Assembly (NCBI GenBank): GCA_001430755.1
Contig: CP013062.1
Location: 510,001 to 542,000 of the forward strand
DNA from: Candidatus Peribacter riflensis
Lineage (GTDB): Bacteria; Patescibacteriota; Gracilibacteria; Peribacterales; Peribacteraceae
Direction of reading: 5' to 3'
Length of the DNA: 32,000 bases
Made by a program: the position numbers and the translations under genes. Each line of letters begins with the position of its first letter. The first letter of the stretch is position 1. The notes beneath the pieces were generated by a model. It was not told the origin of the DNA and searched no databases. It saw only the letters and a list, made by a program, of their open reading frames with translations. Of this stretch, positions 1 to 9,128 are shown one piece after another.

Positions 1-1
1 C

Positions 2-3000
2 GACAACGATCAGGACGGCAAGACCGATTACCCGAATGACCCGGACTGCGTGAGCCCGAGTGATAATGACGAAACCGGCTCGATCGGCAGCTGCAACGGG
101 CAACCGATCAGCCTGACAAGCCTGCCGAATTTGCAATCAATTATCCTACACGAGGATACGACAAACATAGCAACGTATACCTTTGCAAAGAACGATCCCA
201 AGTTGTTCCAGGACCTCAACCAGAGTCCTACATCCTACGACTTCTCTACGAATGCCGACGAGTACTACGATCTCTACATCAGTAACGCCGATGGTTCGGT
301 GAATCCAAACGGCAGTTACCTGACAATCGATGATTTCCGCAACAATACGCTTTTGAATGCCCAGGTTGGCCACAACATAGACGCAGTGGAACTCAAGCTC
401 TCAAGCGGCCCGAGTTTCTACGCAGACAAGGTGGTGAAGGTTGCCATCGGCACAGGCCTCTCCGGCGACTACCTGAACCAGAACGGCTACGCAACAAGGG
501 CGCTCGGCACACCAAATGCACAGAGTACTCGCCTGGGCGATCAGCATGCGCGCCTGGTGCTCGGGTTCTGCGATGCGCTCCAGAATCTGCCGGCATGTTC
601 CGATGGCATTGATAATGATGGGGACGGCGCAACCGACTATCCAGGTGACTTCAGTTGCGACTCTCCGACAGACAACGATGAAACGAATCCCAAGGCCCAG
701 TGCCAGGATGGCATCGACAACGATCAGGATGGACTCATCGACTATCCCAATGATCTTGGATGTTCCAGTGCGCAGGATCAGACCGAGGCCAACACCGATA
801 TCTGCAGCGCAGACGGCGACATCAGCATGAAAATTTACCTCACACATGTCAGTAATGAAGGGGCTGGGAATACGCAGCCTAAAATCTATCTGACGAACGA
901 ATCGCTTCCCGTGAATCCAGGACAGACCATTGACCTTGTGCAAAACGGAGTGCCTGTGATCGATGCAATAGAACAATTGAATATCCCGGGGCTCTCGGTA
1001 CAGCGAGGAAATGGATGGGTGCGAATCGGACTGTACGGCAGCCATCCGACACACGAATCCATCGAACGTATGATTGGAGAAATGGTCCTGCTGGGCGCGC
1101 AGGTCACGGCATTTGAAAATGATACGCGAGCCAGCAACCCAGTGGAGCGGCCGCGCAACAACATCCACCGTGGCATTCCAACGGAAGACGAAGTGTATCC
1201 GAATGTCGGAACCAATAATACTGCGTTCTTCCTGACCGTCGACACGGCGAACGACGTCTTCACGATCCGCTACGCACCTGTACTCTGTCCCGCACCGCAG
1301 GCGGATCTCTCGGTGACGAAGAGCGGGCCTTCCTCTGTCGTGGCAGGCAATACGGTCTCGTACACCGTGACCGCGGCAAATGCCGGACCGCATACCGCAA
1401 CGAACGTGGTCATCGCGGATGTGATTCCAGCAGGGCTGACCTTCGATGCAGGGGCCTCGACCCCGGGTTGTATCCTCAACGGAGCAGGCACCAGCGTGCT
1501 GTGCAATAACTTCTCGCTCACGGCCGGGCAGACGCGCACCTTCACCATCGCCTTCACGGTGCCTTCCACGCACCCGTGCGACGGAACGAATATGATCACG
1601 AATCAGGCGACGGTCTCCTCCTCGCAGGGGGATCCGAATGCCGGCAATAACACGAGCACAACGGTGACGACGCCGGTGCAATGTCCCGCCGCACCGAAAG
1701 CGGATCTCTCGATCGTGAAGACGGGACCGAGTTCCGTGCTGCGCGGCGAGGCGATCGCGTACACCGTGACCGTGACGAATGCCGGCCCCACAGACGCCCA
1801 GAACGTGGTGATCACGGATCTGATTCCCACAGGGCTGACCTTCGATGCAGGGGCCTCGACCCCGGGTTGTGTCCTCAACGGAGGCGGAACCAGCGTGCTG
1901 TGCAATAACTTCACCTTGCAGCCCGCGCAGAGCCGCACCTTCACCATCGCCTTCACAACGGCTTCTTCGCTCTCCTGCGGATCGACGATCCGCAACACGG
2001 CGGATGTCGCCAGCTCTCAGGGCGATCCCAACAGTGTCAATAACCACAGTGAGACCGTCAGCACCGTCACCTGCCCCACGGCGGATGTGACCATTACGAA
2101 GAGCGGACCTGTCTCCGTACACCGCGGCGGCAACATCCTCTACACCATCACCGTCACCAACCTGGGTCCGAACCGCTCCGACAACGTCGTGGTGGTCGAT
2201 CGGCCCGAGTCGATGGCCGGCCTCACCTTCAACGCCGCACAGACCGATCCGGATTGCGTGCTCAACGGCGTAGAGGTGCTCTGCAACAACATCTCGCTGT
2301 TGCCGGGCCAGTCGCGCACCTACAACATCGTCTTCACCGTTTCTCAGACCTTCGCCTGTGGCGGAACGATCGCCAATCGCGCGAACGTCAATGTCTCGAC
2401 GCCCGATCCCCACGGCGACAACAACTGGAGCGAACGGATCGTGACCAGTGTCACCTGTGCGCAGTGTAACGACGGAATCGACAACGATCAGGACGGCGCC
2501 ACCGATTACCCCGCCGACTTCAGCTGCACGGACCCCAACGACAACGACGAAACGAATCCGAAGGCCCAGTGCCAGGATGGCATCGACAATGACCAGGATG
2601 GAACCGTCGACTTTCCGACGGACGTGGGATGCACCTCCGCACAGGACAATGACGAATCGAATCCCCTGCTGACCCCCGATCTCTCGATCACGAAGAGCGG
2701 ACCGACCATTGCCGATCGCGGCAATGCCGTGAGCTACACCGTGACCGTGACGAATATCGGAGCGGCAACCGCCCTCAACGTCGTCGTGGCCGATGTGGTC
2801 CCGACGGGCCTGACCTTCCACGGCGGGCTCTCATCCACCGATTGTCTGCTCAACGGAGCAGGCACCAGCGTGCTGTGCAACAACTTCAGTCTCGCGCCGG
2901 GCCAGACGAAGACCTTCACCATCACCTTCAATATTCCGACGAGTGTGAGCTGCGGGTCGACCATCCAGAATACCGCCACCGTGTCGACGAGCAATGACCC

Positions 3001-6000
3001 GAACGGCGTCAACAATACGAGCCAGACCGTGCAGACGACCGTGCAATGCCCGGTGTCGAACGCCGATCTTGGCATCAGCAAATCAGCGAATCTGACCTCT
3101 GTGATGACTGGCGATCCGGTGACCTACACGCTCACCGTGACGAACAGCGGCCCGGGAACCGCCTCGAATGTCGTCATCGGCGATGCCCTGCCTGCCGGAG
3201 TGGCCTTCGATGTCCTCTTCACGCAGACGAGCGGCTTTTCCTGCTACCGCCAGCCGAGTGATGCAAACCACCTCGTGTGCGTGCGCTCCTCAATGGCCGC
3301 CGGTGAAACCGTGACCATCCGCTACCAGGCGCGCGTGCTCCAGCAGGGAACCTGCTCGCCACGCTCACTCACCAATACGTCGAATGTGACCGCGCTCTCG
3401 AGCACAGATCAAAACAGCGGAAACAACTACGCCACAGCGACGGTGCAGCTGACCTGCCCGGCCCTCACTGCGGATCTCTCGGTGCAGAAATCAGTGAGCC
3501 CGGCCTCGGTGCTCCAGGGCCAACCCCTGACATACACACTGTTCGTCCAGAACTTTGGCCCGGGAACCGCCCAGAATGTTCTCATCAGCGATGCGCTGCC
3601 CGTGGGGTTACCCTTCAATGTCCAATTCCTGCAGTCAGACGGCTTCAGCTGCTGGCGGCAGGGCAGTGACCCCAACCACCTCGTCTGCTCGCGCCCGTCC
3701 ATGGCCCCCGGTGAAACGGCCACCATCCGCTTCACGGCGACCGTATCCGGCGGCTCCTGCATGCCGCAGACTCTGCTGAACACGGCTTCTGTGACGGCAA
3801 CGAGCACCTCTGATCCGAACAGCGGCAATAACTATTCCCAGGCCTCGGCGCAGCTGACCTGTGAGTATCCGACCTTCTCAATCGCGAAGACGGACAACCA
3901 CACCACGGCGATGCCGGGCGACGTGCTCACCTACATCCTGACGGTCTCGAACACGTCTTCGGTGAACGCCACCGATGTCACCGTCACTGATGCCCTTCCC
4001 TCCTCCGTGACCTTCCTCTCCGCTTCAGATAGCGGCCAGCTTTCAGGCGGAACCGTCACCTGGTCTCACCTCTCCATTCCCGCACACACGACCAAGACCC
4101 TGAGCGTCTCCGTCCAGGTGCAGTACGGCACTTCCAATGGCACGATCCTGACGAATACCGCAAACGTTGCGGGCGTCTCGGCGCAGGATCAGACGACAGT
4201 GCAGGTCCAGGACACGGCCGACCTCTCGACCACGAAGACCGGTCCGCAGCTCGCTCAGCGCGGCTCGACGATCTTCTACACCGTCACGGTCTTCAATGCC
4301 GGTCCGGGAGCTTCACAGAACGCCACCGTGACTGACGTTGTCCCCACCGGGCTCGTCTTCCTGCCACAGCAATCTTCGCTGCAGTGCGTGCTCGCCGGTA
4401 ACGTTGTGACGTGCAGCGGCATCTCACTCGCGGCAGGCCAGAGCCAGAGCCTGACACTCGCCTTCGAAATCCCCTCCTCCGTTCCCTGCGGCCAGATATT
4501 GCTCAACGCGGCGGAAGTGCACGGGACCAATGATCCCAACTGTGTGAATGACCTGAGCCAGACCGTCACGACCGCGGTACAGTGCATCAACCCCACGTAC
4601 ACCATCACCAAGACGGACGGGCACACCACCGCAGAGCCGGGCGAAGCCCTCACCTACACGATCTCCGTGACGAACACCTCGACGGTGAATGCCACGAGCG
4701 TGACTGTTACCGATACGCTGCCGGCCCTCGTCACCTTCGTCTCTGCCTCTGACGGCGGAACGCAGGCAGGCGGAACGGTGACCTGGAGCGGTCTCACCAT
4801 CGCGGCAGGCGCGACGAAGCAGCTCACCGTGCAGGTGCAAGTGAATCTGACGGCCCCCGATGACGCGGTCCTGACGAACTATGCCGCCGTTGCCGGCATG
4901 TCGGCGCAGGATTCCACGACCGTTCAGGTACCGCCGACCAACGCGGATCTCATCATCATGAAGACCGGATCGATGACGGCCATGCAGGGCAACATCGCCT
5001 TCTACGCCATCACGGTCTTCAATGCCGGTCCGAGTGCGTCGCAGAACGTTGTGATCGGTGACGTCATCCCCGCAGGATTCACCTTTAACCAGATGTATTC
5101 CTCACCGGAGTGTGTCTTGAACGGCGCCGGCACCAGCGTGCTGTGCAATAACTTCACGCTCGCAACCGGCCAGAGTCGCAGCTTCACCGTCGCCTTCAAT
5201 GTGACGGCCAGTACGGTCTGCAACGCCGCCGTTCAGAATACGGCCACGGTCTCGACGAGCAATGACACGAATGACTCCAACAACACGAGCCAGACGGTCT
5301 CGACCACCATTCAGTGCCCGAACCCCACCTTCACCATCACCAAGACGGATAATCAGACGACCGTCCAGCCCGGCGGAACGCTGACGTACGTGATCGCAGT
5401 GACCAATACCTCGCAAACCGCGGCAACGAACGTGACGGTGACCGATACACTCCCCTCCTCCGTGACCTTCCAGAACGCTTCCGATAGCGGAACGCACACG
5501 GCGGGAACGGTGACGTGGACGGGCCTCAGCATCGGTGCAGGGGTGACGAAGATACTCACCGTGCAGGTGCAAGTGAGTGCTCAGGCGACGAATGGAACTG
5601 TCCTGACGAACGCCGCAACGGTTGCAGGTACCTCGGCACTGGATACGACGACCGTGCAGTCACAGATTTCCAGCTTCACCATCACCAAGACGGATAATCA
5701 GACCGTCGTGCAGCCCGGAGCACTGCTGACCTACGTCGTCTCCGTGACGAATACTTCGCAGGTGAACGCCTCGAATGTGACCGTCACCGATACGCTGCCG
5801 GTCCTCGCCACCTTCGTCTCTGCCTCTGACAGCGGAACGCAGACAGGCGGAACGGTGACCTGGAGCGGTCTCACCATCGCGGCAGGCGCAACGAAGCAGC
5901 TCACCGTGCAGGTGCTCGTCAGCCAGACGGCTCCGCATGGAACCGTGCTGATCAATACCGCAACCATTGCAGGTCTCTCTGCCATCGATACGACGACCGT

Positions 6001-8053
6001 GCAGACGCAGACTTCCACCTTCACCATCACCAAGACGGATAATCAGACGACCGTCCAGCCCGGCGGAACGCTGACGTACGTGATCGCAGTGACCAATACC
6101 TCGCAAACCGCGGCAACGAACGTGACGGTGACCGATACACTCCCCTCCTCCGTGACCTTCCAGAACGCTTCCGATAGCGGAACGCACACGGCGGGAACGG
6201 TGACGTGGACGGGCCTCAGCATCGGTGCAGGGGTGACGAAGACATTGACCGTCACCGTGCAAGTCGGATCTTCTGCCACGAACGGATCCGTTCTCACCAA
6301 TACCGCAAGCGTCTCGGGTGTCTCTGCCCAGGATACGACAACCGTGCAGACCACGACCCAGGGAGCGGATCTCTCGATCATCAAGACAGGACCGAGTACG
6401 GTCCAGCAGGGCGGGATGATCAGCTACACCGTGACCGTCACCAATCACGGCCCCGCAGCCGCAACGAATGCCACCGTGACCGATGTCATCCCCACCGGAC
6501 TGACCTTCAATGCCGCGTCTTCCTCGGGCTGTACCTTGAACGGCGGAGGAACCTCGGTCCTCTGCGGCATCCCCAGTCTTGCCGCCGGACTGTCAAAATC
6601 CTTCACGCTCGCCTTCACTGTACCCTCGTCCAGCGTGTGTAACACCACAGTGCAGAACACCGCCACGATCTCGAACGCGAACGATACGAACAGTGCCAAT
6701 AATACGAGCCAGACCATCGGGACACTCGTCCAGTGCGCCGAACCGACCTTCACTGTCAGCAAGACCGACGGCCGCACCACCGTGCTCCCCGGAGAATCGC
6801 TGACCTACCAGATCACCGTGACGAACACGTCTGCCTTCGCCACCACAAATGTGCAGGTGACGGATGCGCTGCCGTCGGGAGTCACCTACGTCACCTCTTC
6901 GGACAGCGGAACGCTCTACGGCTCGACCGTGAAGTGGACGCTCGCAAACCTCGCGGCTGGCGCCAGCAAGTCGCTCATCGTCATCGTCACCGTGCCCTCC
7001 TCGGCATCGAACGGAACCGTGCTCACGAACATCGTGATCGCCGGTACCGCCACGGCAGTGGATACGACCACGGTGAACACCAGCAGTTCGAGCTCAAGCT
7101 CCAGTTCCAGCTCCTCGAGCAGCGCGTGTAATCTGACCGTCACACTCAGAGATTCTCAGGATCCCGTCGATCCCGATGAAACCTTCACGTACACCGTGGA
7201 AGTGCGCAACAACGACTCGACGACGCTGAACAACGTCACGCTCACGCAAACCCTGGATAGCAACGTGAACTTTGTCTCAGTGACCGGCAATGGCAACAAC
7301 GATTCCGGCAACACCATCCGCTGGACGGGCCTCTCGATCGGCGGCTACGCCACCTCCACCTTTGAAACGACCGTGCGTGTGAAGGGTGACCGCGACGGCG
7401 CGACCATCCGCTCCAATGCCTTCGCCTGCTCGACGCAGGACAGTGAGAACACGCAGGTGACGGGCAATGACATTCCGCCTCCGCCGCCTCCTCCGCCTCC
7501 CTCCGGCGGGTACCTGACGATCGATAAGCAGGCGGATCGCAGCGAAGCGCAGGCCGGCAGCATCATCGCCTACACCATCACCGTCCGGAACCAGAGCAAT
7601 ACGGCCATCGGACCCGTGATGATCGAAGACACCTTCTCTGCAAGCGACATGACCGTGGAGTACGCCGATGGAGGCTCCATAGGCGGCGGATCGATCAGCT
7701 GGGATCTGGGCACGCTGGGCTCCAATGCCACGCGCCTGATCCACTACCGCGTGCGTCTGAGCCAGAGCCTGCAACACGGCCAAACCGTCCAAAACTCCGT
7801 GCGCGTCGTCAATGGCAACGCCACCGCCAGCGAGCAGGTGAATATCATCCGCTACTTCCCGCAGACCGGTCTGCTCGAGCGCTTCATCAAGTCGCCGGCA
7901 GACAAGGCCGCCTTCCTCCAGCCGGTGACCGCCAAGAAACGCCCGGCCGAAGGCGATGCCAGCATCCCCATGCTCACGTGGCTCATCCTCGCCTCTATGG
8001 GGCTGACCACAGGCGGATTCCTGGGGAAGAAACTCATCTTCATGGGAATGTAA
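2..8053 (+). CDS. giant secreted/surface repeat protein (DUF11-type 'conserved repeat domain' array with D-rich metal-binding-like motifs); 5' end lies outside the window
   Basis: The frame is open from nt 2. The track 'M' at nt 50 is an internal GTG, and nt 2-76 already encode a repeat unit (DNDQDGKTDYPNDPDCVSPSDNDET). About 20 units of ~110-115 aa follow, of two alternating flavours: ADLS[VI]TK[ST]GP...NxGP..A.NV.[IV].D..P.GLTF...VLCNNF.L and PTFTITKTD..TT..PG..LTY...V.NTS...ATNVTVTD.LP. The motif C.DGIDND.DG..DYP.D..C....DNDE occurs at nt 2-76, ~596-790 and ~2455-2665. Other landmarks: S14 at 7082-7123, P9 at 7475-7501, FPQTG at 7856-7870, C-terminal TM helix, TAA stop at 8051-8053. Confidence 0.85.
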   Translation, partial: DNDQDGKTDYPNDPDCVSPSDNDETGSIGSCNGQPISLTSLPNLQSIILHEDTTNIATYTFAKNDPKLFQDLNQSPTSYDFSTNADEYYDLYISNADGSVNPNGSYLTIDDFRNNTLLNAQVGHNIDAVELKLSSGPSFYADKVVKVAIGTGLSGDYLNQNGYATRALGTPNAQSTRLGDQHARLVLGFCDALQNLPACSDGIDNDGDGATDYPGDFSCDSPTDNDETNPKAQCQDGIDNDQDGLIDYPNDLGCSSAQDQTEANTDICSADGDISMKIYLTHVSNEGAGNTQPKIYLTNESLPVNPGQTIDLVQNGVPVIDAIEQLNIPGLSVQRGNGWVRIGLYGSHPTHESIERMIGEMVLLGAQVTAFENDTRASNPVERPRNNIHRGIPTEDEVYPNVGTNNTAFFLTVDTANDVFTIRYAPVLCPAPQADLSVTKSGPSSVVAGNTVSYTVTAANAGPHTATNVVIADVIPAGLTFDAGASTPGCILNGAGTSVLCNNFSLTAGQTRTFTIAFTVPSTHPCDGTNMITNQATVSSSQGDPNAGNNTSTTVTTPVQCPAAPKADLSIVKTGPSSVLRGEAIAYTVTVTNAGPTDAQNVVITDLIPTGLTFDAGASTPGCVLNGGGTSVLCNNFTLQPAQSRTFTIAFTTASSLSCGSTIRNTADVASSQGDPNSVNNHSETVSTVTCPTADVTITKSGPVSVHRGGNILYTITVTNLGPNRSDNVVVVDRPESMAGLTFNAAQTDPDCVLNGVEVLCNNISLLPGQSRTYNIVFTVSQTFACGGTIANRANVNVSTPDPHGDNNWSERIVTSVTCAQCNDGIDNDQDGATDYPADFSCTDPNDNDETNPKAQCQDGIDNDQDGTVDFPTDVGCTSAQDNDESNPLLTPDLSITKSGPTIADRGNAVSYTVTVTNIGAATALNVVVADVVPTGLTFHGGLSSTDCLLNGAGTSVLCNNFSLAPGQTKTFTITFNIPTSVSCGSTIQNTATVSTSNDPNGVNNTSQTVQTTVQCPVSNADLGISKSANLTSVMTGDPVTYTLTVTNSGPGTASNVVIGDALPAGVAFDVLFTQTSGFSCYRQPSDANHLVCVRSSMAAGETVTIRYQARVLQQGTCSPRSLTNTSNVTALSSTDQNSGNNYATATVQLTCPALTADLSVQKSVSPASVLQGQPLTYTLFVQNFGPGTAQNVLISDALPVGLPFNVQFLQSDGFSCWRQGSDPNHLVCSRPSMAPGETATIRFTATVSGGSCMPQTLLNTASVTATSTSDPNSGNNYSQASAQLTCEYPTFSIAKTDNHTTAMPGDVLTYILTVSNTSSVNATDVTVTDALPSSVTFLSASDSGQLSGGTVTWSHLSIPAHTTKTLSVSVQVQYGTSNGTILTNTANVAGVSAQDQTTVQVQDTADLSTTKTGPQLAQRGSTIFYTVTVFNAGPGASQNATVTDVVPTGLVFLPQQSSLQCVLAGNVVTCSGISLAAGQSQSLTLAFEIPSSVPCGQILLNAAEVHGTNDPNCVNDLSQTVTTAVQCINPTYTITKTDGHTTAEPGEALTYTISVTNTSTVNATSVTVTDTLPALVTFVSASDGGTQAGGTVTWSGLTIAAGATKQLTVQVQVNLTAPDDAVLTNYAAVAGMSAQDSTTVQVPPTNADLIIMKTGSMTAMQGNIAFYAITVFNAGPSASQNVVIGDVIPAGFTFNQMYSSPECVLNGAGTSVLCNNFTLATGQSRSFTVAFNVTASTVCNAAVQNTATVSTSNDTNDSNNTSQTVSTTIQCPNPTFTITKTDNQTTVQPGGTLTYVIAVTNTSQTAATNVTVTDTLPSSVTFQNASDSGTHTAGTVTWTGLSIGAGVTKILTVQVQVSAQATNGTVLTNAATVAGTSALDTTTVQSQISSFTITKTDNQTVVQPGALLTYVVSVTNTSQVNASNVTVTDTLPVLATFVSASDSGTQTGGTVTWSGLTIAAGATKQLTVQVLVSQTAPHGTVLINTATIAGLSAIDTTTVQTQTSTFTITKTDNQTTVQPGGTLTYVIAVTNTSQTAATNVTVTDTLPSSVTFQNASDSGTHTAGTVTWTGLSIGAGVTKTLTVTVQVGSSATNGSVLTNTASVSGVSAQDTTTVQTTTQGADLSIIKTGPSTVQQGGMISYTVTVTNHGPAAATNATVTDVIPTGLTFNAASSSGCTLNGGGTSVLCGIPSLAAGLSKSFTLAFTVPSSSVCNTTVQNTATISNANDTNSANNTSQTIGTLVQCAEPTFTVSKTDGRTTVLPGESLTYQITVTNTSAFATTNVQVTDALPSGVTYVTSSDSGTLYGSTVKWTLANLAAGASKSLIVIVTVPSSASNGTVLTNIVIAGTATAVDTTTVNTSSSSSSSSSSSSSSACNLTVTLRDSQDPVDPDETFTYTVEVRNNDSTTLNNVTLTQTLDSNVNFVSVTGNGNNDSGNTIRWTGLSIGGYATSTFETTVRVKGDRDGATIRSNAFACSTQDSENTQVTGNDIPPPPPPPPPSGGYLTIDKQADRSEAQAGSIIAYTITVRNQSNTAIGPVMIEDTFSASDMTVEYADGGSIGGGSISWDLGTLGSNATRLIHYRVRLSQSLQHGQTVQNSVRVVNGNATASEQVNIIRYFPQTGLLERFIKSPADKAAFLQPVTAKKRPAEGDASIPMLTWLILASMGLTTGGFLGKKLIFMGM
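5325..5552 (+). repeat. 228-bp perfect intragenic direct repeat, copy 1
   Basis: Compared base by base with 6015-6242 (offset 690 nt = 230 codons). The copies are identical, with mismatches immediately outside both ends. Confidence 0.9.
6015..6242 (+). repeat. 228-bp perfect intragenic direct repeat, copy 2
   Basis: Identical to 5325-5552. Both encode ...TFTITKTDNQTTVQPGGTLTYVIAVTNTSQTAATNVTVTDTLPSSVTFQNASDSGTHTAGTVTWTGLSIGAGVTK. Confidence 0.9.
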
Positions 8054-8081
8054 GCATCGTCCATTCCACACAGGAACAAGG

Positions 8082-8105
8082 CCCCGCCGATCCCGGCGGG
8101 GTTTT
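8082..8105. terminator. rho-independent-type terminator between convergent genes
   Basis: CCCCGCCG (8082-8089), ATCC loop, CGGCGGGG (8094-8101), then TTTT (8102-8105). It lies between the giant protein stop (8053) and the pth stop (8117). Confidence 0.7.
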
Positions 8106-8116
8106 GATATGCAGGC

Positions 8117-8674
8117 TCACTGCTGCGATGAGCCGAGCACGAACTCCTCCACCTTGCGCGGCAGCTCCGTGCGCAACGCCGCATCCAGAAGCGTGCGTTC
8201 CTCAGCCGAAGGCACGCTCAGCACCCACTCGGCGAGGTCCGCCCCCGCAGGGGCCTGCCCCAGCCCGATGCGCAGCCGCGGGAATCCCTCACCGGCGTTC
8301 TCGACCACCGATTTGAGTCCGTTGTGCGTGCCCGGTCCTCCCTGACTGCGAAAGCGCACTTCGCCGAGCGGCAGATCGCAATCATCGCTGAGCACCAAAA
8401 GCTGGAACGTCGGATCGGCTTTGTAGTAGTCGACCAGCTTGTGCACCGCCTCGCCCGAACGGTTCATGTACGTCTTTGGTTTCACCAGCAGCACCGGCAC
8501 AGTGCCGATCATCATTTCTGCAATGGATGCCTGGAACTTCGGGCGATCGCGCCACTCTCCTCCTCCGAATACACTGTGCAGGGCATCGAGAGCCCGAAAA
8601 CCCGCATTGTGCCGTGTAGATTCATACGAGGAGCCGGGATTGCCGAGGCCGACGATGAGCAGGGCAGGTTTCAC
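8117..8674 (-). CDS. pth: peptidyl-tRNA hydrolase
   Basis: LLIVGLGNPGSSYESTRHNAGF...KPKTYMNRSG...RIGLG matches the Pth family. The track ORF starts at GTG 8716. The GTG at 8674 gives the canonical N-terminus MKPALLIVGLGNPG. Confidence 0.9.
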   Translation of the reverse strand: MKPALLIVGLGNPGSSYESTRHNAGFRALDALHSVFGGGEWRDRPKFQASIAEMMIGTVPVLLVKPKTYMNRSGEAVHKLVDYYKADPTFQLLVLSDDCDLPLGEVRFRSQGGPGTHNGLKSVVENAGEGFPRLRIGLGQAPAGADLAEWVLSVPSAEERTLLDAALRTELPRKVEEFVLGSSQQ

Positions 8675-8731
8675 AAAAGAGAGTGTAGCAGACGATACTC
8701 CCCGGCGAAGCTCCACAGGAGCGAAGACGGG

Positions 8732-9124
8732 TCAGGACAGGAACTGGTGCACGATCTGCGCGAAGGCCTGCAGCGCCCGCAGGCTCTGTGCCTCGGTCAC
8801 ACGAATGCCCACATCATGGGCGATACTGTTCCGCAGCCGGTGAGCGATCCAGAGTTCCTCCGCATGGTGAAGCCGTGGAGCGGCCTGTTTCAGTTTTTCG
8901 GCGAAGGTACCCTGATAGTCGAGTGCCTTGAGCACGGCATCGCAGACCTTCTCGGCATCCAGCACGCGCTGTGCGGGGCTCTTCAGTTCCAGAGCAGCAT
9001 CCCACGCAGACCGCAGGCGCTCTTTCTGCAGGGCGGGAATTTTTGTCCGTCGCCGCTTCGTCGCCCAGATCACGAAGGTGAGGCTGGCGATCGCGAACCC
9101 GGCGAGGAGGAGCATCCAGTGCAT
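8732..9124 (-). CDS. small membrane-anchored protein with HEPN/DUF4145-like R-x4-H motif
   Basis: N-terminal TM helix (WMLLLAGFAIASLTFVIW) followed by KRRR, then a helical domain ending in AHRLRNSIAHD (RNxxxH). ATG at 9124. The start is 4 nt downstream of the upstream gene's stop. Confidence 0.6.
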   Translation of the reverse strand: MHWMLLLAGFAIASLTFVIWATKRRRTKIPALQKERLRSAWDAALELKSPAQRVLDAEKVCDAVLKALDYQGTFAEKLKQAAPRLHHAEELWIAHRLRNSIAHDVGIRVTEAQSLRALQAFAQIVHQFLS

Positions 9125-9128
9125 ACGG

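Noticed and set aside
401-2821. 806-aa ORF on the minus strand, plus similar long antisense or off-frame ORFs (e.g. 5660-6448, 7277-8071, 15568-16206, 16938-17690, 18334-19026, 19198-20064, 21015-21692)
   Set aside because: They lie entirely antisense or out of frame to strongly supported repeat-protein genes. Their composition is R/G/H/D-rich low complexity with no domain logic. They are the expected stop-poor shadow frames of GC-rich repetitive coding DNA.
1300-7080. Possible CRISPR array or DGR variable repeats suggested by the many direct repeats
   Set aside because: The repeats are ~330-345 bp in-frame protein domain units without unique spacers. No cas genes or reverse transcriptase are present, and mismatches between near-identical copies are not adenine-specific.
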